DNA from: Mobula hypostoma
Taxonomy: Eukaryota
Assembly: GCF_963921235.1 (NCBI RefSeq)
Contig: NC_086097.1
Span: 251,660,001-251,724,000 of the forward strand
Direction: 5' to 3'
DNA length: 64,000 nucleotides
Numbering within the stretch: the stretch's first letter is position 1; the number at the start of each line of letters is the position of its first letter. Positions 13,699 through 23,234 of the stretch are shown here, in pieces. The position numbers and the translations under genes are program-made. The notes below the pieces were generated by a model. That model was not told where the DNA came from and searched no databases. It saw only the letters and a list, made by a program, of their open reading frames with translations.

Positions 13699-13884
13699 GA
13701 TGGTAGCAATGAGATGAGGCAAGCCCTGGATGCTGATGGAAATAACATACGGTGAAAGTTAAATATGTATTTTATCACATATTGAGCAGTGTGTGAACCT
13801 TTGATTCAAACTATGGTATTCCCTCAGTCCTCTTAATCCCATTTGTTGACAAGAGTCGTCCCAGTTACTGGTGGTCCCAGCAGG

Positions 13885-13962
13885 CAGGGGTTCCAACCCC
13901 TTTTATGCTATGAATCAATACCCTTAGCAAGTGGTCTACAGATCCCAGGGTGGGAACCCCTG
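13885..13962. mobile_element. ~80-bp hAT-type MITE
   Basis: TIRs CAGGGGTTCC...GGAACCCCTG. Other copies at 31855-31935, 39475-39554 and (partial) about 53697-53750. Confidence 0.75.
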
Positions 13963-15035
13963 CGAGTTCCACGTTGCTGTACATTTTCACAACTGGAATC
14001 AGAATCAGGTTCATTATCACTGACAGATGCTCTGAAATTTGCTGTTTTGTGGCAGCAGTGCAGTGCGAGACATTAAAAATTACTGTCAATTACAAAAAGC
14101 AAATATACCGAGAATAAGAGAGTAACATAAGGAACAGAATTGGGAGCCTCGGTAGCATAGCGGTCAGTGTGATGTTATTACAGCTCGGAGCATCAGAGTC
14201 CAAAGGTCAATCACGACATCCTTTGTAAGGAGTCTGTACCTCCTACACGTGGAATGCTTGGATTTTCCCAGCTGCTCTCGTTTCCTCCCGCAGTCCAAAG
14301 ACATACAAGTTGGTAGCTTAATTGGTCATTGTAAATTGTCCTATGATTGTAAGTTTCAATAGGTGCATTTAATGTCAGAGAAATGTATACAATATGCAGC
14401 TGAAATTCTTTTTCTTGGGTTAGGGTTAATCTGGTTTGTCAGTGGTTGCTGGGGCAGTGTGGCTCGAAGGGCCAGAAGGGCCTGTTACATGCTGTATCTC
14501 TAGATAAATAAATACATCCGATCTTCATTCCACAATGTGGTTCCCCTCTCACCCCTTCTCTTTGCCTTACCTGGTTCCCCTCATCCTTCCCTTTCTTCCC
14601 TGGAAAAAATGTGTGCTGTGCAGAGGAATAACAAAGTGGTGGTGATGGACGTTGGGGGGAAGTTTTCATTTTTACATTCCCTATTTGTTGTCTCATTCAT
14701 AATATTTCACGATGGCTCCTTTAGGTTTATTGTCATTTCAACCAGTTATTTATTTATTTGGCGATATAGTGCGGAATAAGCCTTTGAGCCACGCTGCCCA
14801 GCAACCTCTGACAACCTCAATTTAACCCTAACCTAATCGCGGGACAGTTTACAATGACCAATTAACCTACCTGGTACATCTTTAGACTGTGGGTGGAAAC
14901 TGGAGCACCTGGGGAATACCCAAACATTTGACAGGGAGGACGTACAGAGACTCAATACAGAAGACACCAGGATTGAACCCTGAGCTCTGCCGCCTCGAGC
15001 TCTAACTGCTACACCCCATTTGGTGGTGTACATGA

Positions 15036-15303
15036 ATACTACCAAACGAAACAACGTTCCTCCGGGCCAAGGTGCACAACACAGTCCATATACTCACACG
15101 CAGAACACAGTACATATACTCACACACACAACACATAAAGTATACCATGAAATGAAACAATGTTCCTCTGGACCAAGGTGCACAACACAGTACATATACT
15201 CACACACTTACAGCACATAAAGTATACCACCAAACGAAACAACGTTCGTCCAGGCCAAGGTGCACAACATGGTACATATACTCACACACTTACAGCACAT
15301 AAA
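15036..15303. repeat. Three tandem copies of an ~80-105-bp unit
   Basis: Repeated ATACCACCAAACGAAACAACGTTCCTCCGGGCCAAGGTGCACAACACAGTACATATACTCACAC. A single reverse copy lies at about 36690-36765. Confidence 0.8.
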
Positions 15304-15837
15304 ATAATATTACCACAAGTAAATTAACAAATAATAAAATATATTCGAGAAGAGTGACATTTTGCATCAGGTACATTTATGACACAGGTTAAAAAGTAAA
15401 CAGTATAAAGCTACTAGCGGTTCATGCATGCTAAGCCTTAAGTGTTCACATACGACTGAAACATGGCTCTTCCATAATTTTGAACACTTTACGTCATCTA
15501 AGTCTTTTCTAGAGAGCAAATATGCAGAGGAATCTTCTTCCCTGCTGGTAAATCATTCCCCTGAGCTCGATGATGAACTGTGAAGCCTTGCTCCGTTTCT
15601 ACCAGTAACTGAATGCCCTCTGAAAAACAGAGATAGCAGAAATCCATTGTGCAGTCCAAATGTTGTCTCAATGGACCAAATACAGTTTCAAATGTCCTCT
15701 CTGATCTTGTAGCTCAATATTTCTTGCCCGCCATCCCATAGTCATAGTCATGGTCATAGTCATACTTTATTGATCCCTGGGGAAAATCCATCCTTGCATT
15801 GCATTTTGTTTATGAATATTATTACTATCTATTTATT

Positions 15838-16345
15838 GGTGGTTGTCTGTTGTATCCAACCATGACAGGAAACCTGTGCAGGAGAGTTTTTAAAGTGGAA
15901 ATCCCATTGCACCGGGACTGTTCCACTCCTTTGACCTCAGAATTGCAGCTCCAGTGGTATGAACAAGTGTGACAAACTGGGCTCTTCCTTGGTTGTAGTG
16001 GATGACCATGACATCTTCTGTGCCTAGTTTTGCCTTTTGCTCTCTACGGATGGTCGCAGAACCATCTTCCTGGCTGTGGATCTCACTGTAGATCTCCAAC
16101 ACTCAGTCCACCAGAGGTGACTTGGCATGCTAGGACAGGTGTGTCCCTATCTCACCAGGGTGTGATGACTGCCAGCTACCCTCATCTTGTTTGGCCCATC
16201 TGTCGAAGCAGTGTAGTAGGGTGTGGTCACTGTCACATGCAAACAGCTATTTGGCGCCACAGGTGAGAGCTGAGTGAGCTGCCCCAGAATGGACACAACA
16301 ACCCCCTTCTCCAGAGGTGCTACCCCTCCCTGGACATCCCATCTT
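15838..16345. repeat. Unclassified ~500-bp non-coding interspersed repeat
   Basis: Colinear second copy at about 55150-55640 (shared CAGGAGAGTTTTTAAAGTGGAAA ... GTGAGCTGCCCCAGAATGGACACAACAA). Confidence 0.75.
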
Positions 16346-17521
16346 AACACATTTATTACTATCCTTTATTTCCCACATCTCCTAACTCGTTAACATTTCG
16401 AAATAGAGGCACTTGGTTACAATTTTCAAATAAGCGACTTCAGGAAAAATGTGTCTCCTATCCACTCACTCATCAACAGCTCTATAGTCAGCTATTTCAA
16501 TATTCAGCTTCCGGCTATCATTATTTCACAGGACCCTGTGTGAGAGAACCACATCCCCTTCATTAATAAAAAGTCTCTGCAGAGAATGTACTACTTGCAG
16601 CAATTGGTAAAATTCCATCTTCGCCGGAACATACTGGTGTAATTCTGCACTACTCGTCATAGAGAGCATTCTCACAGCAGCCATTACAGTCTTGTTTGGT
16701 TCAGCGTTCTCTGACAATATATGGAAACCACTACGAACTGTCAGCTTGGAAGAAAAAGTCATTGGCTGCCTTCTCCCTGTAATCAAGAAACCCTTACTAA
16801 TCAAGAAACTATCAACCTCCACTGATCGAAGGGCGCCCATTCAGAACAGAAATGCGAAGACATTTTTTTAGTCAGAGGATGGTGAATCTATGGAATTTGT
16901 TGCCACGGGCAGCAGTGGAGGCCAAGTCATTGGGTGTACTTAAGGCAGAGATTGATAGGTATCTGAGTAGCCAGGGCATCAAAGGTTATGGTGAGAAGGC
17001 AGGGGAGTGGGACTAAATGGGAGAATGGATCAGCTCATGATAAAGTGGCGGAGCAAACTCGATGGGCCAAATGGCCGACTTCTGCTCCTTTGTTTTGTGG
17101 ACTTGGTCTCCACACCTGTCTGTGACAATGCTACTATCCCAGAAACGGTACCACAGCAAAAAAGCCAGGACCAACAGGCTCTGGGACAGCTTCTTCCACC
17201 AGGCCATCAGACTGATTAATTCACGCTGATACAATTGTATTTCTATGTTGCATTGACTGTCCTGTTATACATACTATTTATTATAAATTGCACATTGCAC
17301 ATTTAGACGGAGACATAACAAAGATTTTTACTCCTCGTGTATGAAGAATGTAAGAAATAAAGTCAATTCAATGAATTCCACAGATTCACTACCCTCTGGC
17401 TAAAGAAATTCTTCCTCATCTGTCTTCTAAAGGACGTTCTTTTCTTCTGAGGCTCTGCCCTCTGGTCCTAGATTCCGCCATAATAGGAAATATCCTTGAC
17501 ATCCACTCGATCTAAGCCTTT

Positions 17522-17731
17522 TGTTGTGTATGTGGCTGGGTTACACATCAAAGCTATAAATAAAAACGCTGGAGATGGGAGCTAAGTTAACAGCGTTCTT
17601 TACTGACTGAAACTGAACTGAACGCACGTGCAGATAAATACGTGCCTAAAAGCACATGCTCAATATGCACCTAATAGCACATGCAACAACGTGTCCCTAC
17701 AACATAAAGTAGTCCCATATTATACAGAACA
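17522..17731 (-). repeat. 3' LTR (210 bp)
   Basis: TGTTGTG...CAGAACA on the plus strand. Adjacent CTCCTCCCCTTTT (17732-17744) is the reverse complement of the PPT AAAAGGGGAGGAG. Confidence 0.93.
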
Positions 17732-17889
17732 CTCCTCCCCTTTTACTTTAATAGTGTATCAACTGTTTTTTACTGGGGCACTACATTAAATAAATATGTT
17801 TACCCTTAATATACATACGCCTACCAATTATTTACTTAGTAACTTAATAATATCAAATTATAATAAAGTAACTTAATAATATCAAATTA

Positions 17890-18503
17890 GATTAGATTAG
17901 ATTATGAGGACACGCAGTCCTCTTTTATTGTCATTTAGTAATGCATACATTAAGAATTTGTTCCTCCAGAATGATATCACAGAAACACAAGACAAACCAA
18001 GACTAAAAAAAACTGACAAAAACCAAATAATTATAACATGTAGTTACAATAGTGCAAAGCAATACCATAACTTGATGAAGAACAGACCATGGGCACGGTA
18101 AAAAAAAAAGTCTCAAAGTCTCTCGAAAGTCCCATCATCTCATGCAGACGGTTGAAGGGAGAAACTCGCCCTGCCATGAGCTTCCAGCACCGCAAACTTG
18201 CCAATGCAGCACCCTGGAAGCACCTGACCACAGTCCAACTCTGAGTCTGTCCGAAAACTTTGAGCCTCCAACCAGCCCTCTGACACCGAGCACCGGGCAC
18301 CATCTCTGCCGAGCGCTTCGACCCCAGCCCCGGCAACAGGCAATAGGCAAAGCCAAGGATTTGGGGCCTTCCCCTCCACTGATTCTCGATCGCACAGTAG
18401 CAGCGGCAGCTAAGCAGGCATTTCAGAAGTTACTCTAGATGTTCCTTCGTGCTTCTCACGTCCATCTCCATCAAATCAGGATTGTGCACGGCCCCTATTT
18501 AAC
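17890..18503 (-). mobile_element. Non-coding retroposon with (AATCT)n tail, nested in the Gypsy 3' UTR
   Basis: Related copy at about 30048-30675 (shared AGATTATGA.GACACGCAGTCCTCTTTTATTGTCATTTAGTAATGCAT ... CACGGCCCCTATTTAACA). Confidence 0.7.
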
Positions 18504-18546
18504 AAATTATAACAAAGTAACATAATAATATCAAATTATAATAAGC

Positions 18547-19097
18547 AACACACATCAAAGTTGCTGGTGAACACAGCAGGCCAGGTAGCATCTCTAGGAA
18601 GAGGTACGGTCGACGTTTCAGGCCGAGACCCTTCGTCAGGACTAACTGAAGGAAGAGCTAGTAAGAGATTTGAAAGTGGGAGGGGGAGGGGGAGATCCAA
18701 AATGATAGGAGAAGACAGGAGGGGGAGGGATGGAGCCAAGAGCTGGACAGGTGATTGGCAAAGGGGATATGAGAGGATCATGGGACAGGAGGTCCGAGGA
18801 GAAAGACAAGGGGGGCCTCCTGTCCCATGATCCTCTCATATCCCCTTTGCCAATCACCTGTCCAGCTCTTGGCTCCATCCCTCCCCCTCCTGTCTTCTCC
18901 TATCATTTCGGATCTCCCCTCCCCCTCCCACTTTCAAATCTCTTACTAGCTCTTCTTTCAGTTAGTCCTGACGAAGGGTCTCGGCCTGAAACGTCGACTG
19001 TACCTCTTCCTAGAGATGCTGTCTGGCCTGCTGCGTTCACCAGCAACTTTGATGTGTGTTGCTTGAATTTCCAGCATCTGCAGAATTCCTGTTGTTT
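18547..19097. mobile_element. Penelope-like element, fold-back (inverted) insertion
   Basis: Arms about 18545-18791 and 18816-19064 are reverse complements. 14-bp TSD AAATTATAATAAGC (18533-18546, 19098-19111). Confidence 0.85.
18964..18999 (+). ncRNA. Minimal type I hammerhead ribozyme motif (Penelope pLTR)
   Basis: AGTC-CTGACGA-AGGGTCTCGGCCT-GAAAC-GTC-GACT: stem I AGTC/GACT, core CUGANGA and GAAA, GUC cleavage triplet, palindromic ACGT in place of helix III. Mirror copy on the minus strand at 18608-18643. Confidence 0.75.
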
Positions 19098-19164
19098 AAA
19101 TTATAATAAGCCTTTTTTTTACTTTTAGTCTAAGACCCATTTATAACTCAAGTCTCTGGGCGGG

Positions 19165-20330
19165 GTGGACTCTGCCCACTGTGCCGTACTTCTCTAGATG
19201 ATGATTATGTACCAGCGGTAACAGAAAAAAATAAGTGAAATAAGTGAAGCTGTAGCAAAATTAGCCATATTTTGCAAGAGGTGTGATGTATTTTTCATAG
19301 CTTTGGTTTCCATGGTCTGCTTCAAAGATGACTTGCCATCAGTAAAGAAGTGGTTGGTGATCTGCTGTCTCTGCTAGTTATTCAAAAGTCAGGGCAATCC
19401 AATGACTCATAGAAAGATCAGTACTTTACCAGTAATCTTTCACCGTTTGATGAAGCAGTTGATCGAAATCCTGTTGTTCGTTCCATTGTTCTTAAGCTGC
19501 TGTTAAAGTACAGTTTTGCTGATATTAAGGATTACCTAGTGTTGGCACGTGGCCAGGTGGTTAAGGCATTCGTCTAGTGATTTGAAGGTCGCTAGTTTGA
19601 GCCTTGGCTGAGGCAGCGTGTGTGTCCTTGAGCAAGGCACTTAACCACACGTTGCTCTGCGACGACACTGGTGCCAAGCTGTATGGGTCCTAACGCCCTT
19701 CCCTTGGACAATGTCGGTGGCGTGGAGAGGGGAGACTTGCAGCATGGGCAACTACTGGTCTTCCATACAACCTTGCCCAGGCCTGCGCCCTGGAAACCTT
19801 CCAAGGTGCAAATCCATGGTCTCACAAGACTAACAGACGCCTATAAGGATTACCTGCAGTGCTATCTGTCTGAAGTTCACAAAACAAATCTTGGTCAAGG
19901 AAATGAGACTGAACTCTATGCACTGTTTCTGAATTGTCTGGAGGATTCTATGTATGAAAACTCCCAGTTGTGCGCAGTGCAAGAAGAGATTGTGGACCTG
20001 ACTCAAGAGGGAGAATTCCTTCAGAAGCACATTCAGCACAAGTGTGAAAATACAATAGAAACCTTACAGTTTGTTGCCAGAATTCGCCTCTGTTTTGATG
20101 CTGATTCCCAACTTCTTTGTGAAAACAAGACACATTGGCTGAGGATTCAAAATATGTACGTGCAAAAGAAACTTCAGTGCAAAGGATTAACTGTATGATT
20201 CTCAATGGAGGAAATGATTGGTTCAAGATTTACCCTGTGCGGAAGCTGTTCTGTTTGAATGGAATTGATTCTGTCCAAGAGCTTTTAATGGATGACCAAT
20301 TTTCATGGATCTTTCCCAAGGAAATTGTTC
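19165..20330 (+). pseudogene. RNF213: Intronless RNF213 (mysterin) fragment, from the end of the RING finger into the E3 module, antisense to the LTR element
   Basis: Translates CPLCRTSLDDDYVPAV..CDVFFIALVSMVCFKD..LSPFDEAVDRNPVVRSIVLKLLLKYSFADIKDY / YL..TELYALFLNCLEDS..VARIRLCFD..NDWFKIYPVRKL..WIFPKEI. This matches recalled RNF213 motifs (CPYC..P..FSPAV, LSPFNDVVDKTPVIRSVILKLLLKYSF, TELYMLFINCLEDS, VARIRLCLD, WVFPKD). Frameshifts, a stop and a SINE disrupt it. Confidence 0.88.
19538..19843 (+). mobile_element. tRNA-headed SINE inserted in the RNF213 fragment
   Basis: A-box TGGCCAGGTGG and B-box-like GTTTGAGCC. 12-bp TSD TAAGGATTACCT (19526-19537, 19844-19855). Second copy on the minus strand at about 24430-24730. 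Confidence 0.88.
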
Positions 20331-20988
20331 AGGAGAAGACGGAGATACTGTTCTTTTCAGAGATTTAAGCTTGAGAGTTCACAGATCTTCCATTATCTGT
20401 TCATCTGTTAACAAGTAATTTAACTGCGCAGGTGCAGGTTTTGTCTTTTGTCTGTAATTGGAAGAAGGTCATTAGGTCTCCTCCTTGGTTTCCTAGTCCT
20501 TATTGGCTTTACCTCCATAGAATGTCCTGTGAGTTCCATTGTTAGCCTCTCATTCTCAATCATCTTTTTCTTTGCTTCTAACTCTATCTTTTTATCTTCA
20601 AATTCCTTCACTGCTACTTTCTTCACTTTAATATAATTCCTTTCCACTTGTTCTGTCTCCAGTTGTAGAAAAAGCTCGCATTTCGTATTCTTTCCTTGTA
20701 TTGTTGACCTAGTTTCTTCATCCTTTTCTGATACTCCTACAAAATGCCTTCCTGTACCTCCTGCAGCTGTCTTTTGAGAGATGTCAATTTCTCCTGGTAC
20801 ATCTGCTCTTTTACTTCCAGGTAGTCTTCATCATTCTGCTTATTGGCAATATCTGTCTCCCTCGCATCCTCTGTATCTTCATCCGAGTCGCAGCCGCGGA
20901 TACTGCGTTCGTCCTCATCGTCAACGCTGCCTAGCTCCTCCTCGTCGTTGTAATAGTCGACAATGGGTGAGAGGAGAGCTGTGGACAT
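20315..20988 (-). pseudogene. SUDS3: Intronless 3'-truncated SUDS3 (Sin3/HDAC corepressor subunit SDS3) copy
   Basis: From ATG 20988: [110 protein letters not shown]../[34 protein letters not shown]. Contains two stops, two 1-nt frameshifts (about 20677 and 20440) and an 8-codon deletion. Confidence 0.93.
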
Positions 20989-22168
20989 CTTCCCTGCTGA
21001 GCTGCCCTCCTTTGTTGACTCATCTAGTGCCTTGATGGTGTGCCAATCCAACTGGATTTTCCTGAACCATTCACGTCCCAGCAATGGTGGTCCTCCCTTT
21101 TTCAGTACATAGAGGATTAGTTGCTGTGTCTTACCTCCGTGGGTCACTGACAATTTAGTTTTGCATTCAGGACATACTTTCTCTCCTGTGTAAGTCATTA
21201 GCAGTAGTTTAGTTCGTTTCAGAGGTATGCGAGATGTACAGAGATTACTGTTAAAGCTGAGCCTGTGTCCAACTCCATTTTCAGTCTCACGCCCACCACT
21301 TGTGAAGTGATCCATATTACTCTTCAATTATCTGTCTCTTTCATGCTGTGAAGTTGCAGACAAGACAACTCACTTTTGTCTGAGTCATTTTCATCAGAAT
21401 CGTTTTCTTTCATTTTGTGTACATTTGTTGTATCTTCCTTTCTGGGGTTTCTTGTTTCTCTGTATTTTGTCCTTTTTCTGCTGTTTACTAGCTTTGCATA
21501 CTCTGCCAATGTGGCCCTGTTTGCCACAGTTTCTGCATTCTTTATCTTTAAATCAACAATCATCAGGGTCATGTGACCTGTCCCCACAATGGTAACATTT
21601 CTTTCCTTCATTTCTGTTCAGTGACATTTTATTTGTGGCATATTCCATAGATCTTTGTTGTATCTTGGAAGCGTCTCGTGCTGCTGTTTAGCGCTTTCTC
21701 GATGTAAGGTCTTTTTCAGACAGGAGCTTCTTCTGTGTGGTTTCACAGTGTGTGCCACACACTAACCTGTCCCTCAATGTGTCTGATAGACCAGCTCCAA
21801 ACTGACAGTGTTCTGATAATCTGTGCAATTCAGCACAATATTCAGAAATGCTTTCATTTTTGCTCTGGTTCCATTTATGGAATTTAAATCTTTCAGCAAT
21901 GACCAGCGGTTTGGGGTTTAAGTGCTGTTGGAGGGTGTCTACTATTTGCTTGAATGTTTTGTTAGCTGGCTTTTCAGGGGTTAACAAGCTCCGTAGCAGC
22001 CCGTATGTTTTTGTTATTGTTGCATGGTTATATGGTTATAATACTGAGTAAGACACTGGCTTTCTTTTCATCATTAACACCATTAACCTCACAATATAAC
22101 TCCACTCTCTCAATGTAAGTTGCCCAGTCTTCAATGCCACTATCAAATGCAGTAATGGTTCCAATCAT
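20989..22168 (-). pseudogene. Degenerate Gypsy gag plus aspartic protease
   Basis: ATG 22168 MIGTITAFDSGIEDWATYIERVELY. PKPLVIAERFKFHKWNQ..LRDRLVCG (21688-21987). Zinc knuckles CYHCG..H..C and CRNCGKQGHIGRVC at about 21490-21600. Protease MELDTGSA at about 21255-21278 and LLGREW at about 21065-21085. Confidence 0.9.
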
Positions 22169-22530
22169 CACTATCTTTGTTATGTTAATTTAGCCCTGCT
22201 CTCCCCTTATTTTCCTTCTTTGACTCTCGTGTCCTTTTTGCTAGCGCCACGAGCACACTCCATCTAGTGGTGTGTGACGTTTCTTTTTATCTCCCTTCTG
22301 GTGCAGGCAGACCCTCAGCCCGTGGGGGGTCAGCGCAGGCTGTGGTCTCGGCTGGACGTGCTGCGGCTCCGACTGTGTCTCTTGGTCTCCCAACGTTCCC
22401 AACTTCGGCTGTGCAAACATTTCCTTTCAGACTCGCGGCCTCACACTGCCTTAGCTCGTACCTTGTGCTCTTCTTCCGAGTGTTGTTATCAATTAAAACA
22501 TAGCGTTCTGATACGATGTAGGTTCATTAA

Positions 22531-22541
22531 CCTCGTCGCCA
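22531..22541 (-). other. Primer-binding site TGGCGACGAGG
   Basis: Lies 3 nt inside the 5' LTR. Complementary to the 3' end (CCUCGUCG-CCA) of vertebrate tRNA-Ser(GCT), as recalled. Confidence 0.8.
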
Positions 22542-22544
22542 ATT

Positions 22545-22760
22545 TGTTGTGTGTGTGGCCAGGTTACACAACAAAGCTATAAATAAAAACGCTGGAGACG
22601 GGAGCTAAGTTAACAGGGTTCTTTACTGGCAGAAACCGAACGGAACACACACATACAGATCAATACACGCCTAAAAGCGCATGCTCAATATGCACCTAAT
22701 TGCGCATGCAACAATGTGTGTGTCCCTACAACATAAAGTAGTCCCATATTATACAGTACA
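22545..22760 (-). repeat. 5' LTR (216 bp)
   Basis: Colinear with 17522-17731, about 90% identical by eye. Confidence 0.93.
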
Positions 22761-23234
22761 CCTTTCAATATTTGATAGGTTTCAATGAGATTCCCCCCCT
22801 CATTTTTCTAAAGTCCAGTGAGTACAGGCCCTGAGCGAACTAAACCTCCTCATATGTTAACTGTTTCATTCCTAGGATCATTCTCGTGAACCTTCTTGGA
22901 CCCTCTCCAATGCTAGCACGTTCTTTCATAGATTAAGGGCCCAAAACTACTCACAATACTCCAAGTGCTTTCTGACCAATTCCTTATAAAGCCTCAGCAT
23001 CACATCCTTGCTCTCATATTCCAGTCCTCGTGAAATGAATACTAACATTCCTCACCACCGATTCTACTGACAAGTTAACCTTTAGGGAATCCTGCATGAG
23101 GACTCTCAAGTCCCCTTGCATCTCAAATTTTTGAATTTTATCGCCGTTTAGAAAATAGTCGACGCTTTTATTCCTTCTGCCAAAGTGCATGACCATACAC
23201 TTCCCGACACTGTATTCCATCTGCCACTAATAGT

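Larger units (their letters stand above)
17522..22760 (-). mobile_element. Ty3/Gypsy (Mag-like) LTR retrotransposon, non-autonomous, carrying captured host cDNA fragments
   Basis: Two direct LTRs with TG..CA ends and a 5-bp TSD CCTTT (17517-17521, 22761-22765). PBS, PPT, gag and protease are present; no RT/RNaseH/integrase core. Confidence 0.95.
16765..23228 (-). mobile_element. CR1 LINE 3' portion hosting the Gypsy insertion and two small LINE insertions
   Basis: CR1 sequence at 17371-17521 continues seamlessly at 22766-23228 (ORF 23014-23220 MEYSVGKCMVMHFGRRN). A plus CR1 end at about 16825-17100 and a Rex1 end at about 17130-17370 interrupt it. Confidence 0.8.

Noticed and set aside
18536..19128. 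Paired ORFs with identical N-termini on opposite strands
   Set aside because: Artefact of the Penelope inverted repeat.
19538..19620. tRNA gene
   Set aside because: It is the tRNA-like head of a SINE with a TSD and a second copy; I see no complete cloverleaf.
19671..20198. 175-aa ORF as a novel gene
   Set aside because: It is a chance fusion of SINE sequence to the RNF213 pseudogene fragment.
20315..20988. Functional SUDS3 locus, or a BRMS1/BRMS1L paralogue
   Set aside because: Intronless, truncated, with stops and frameshifts, and inside LTRs. The motifs match SUDS3 rather than BRMS1.
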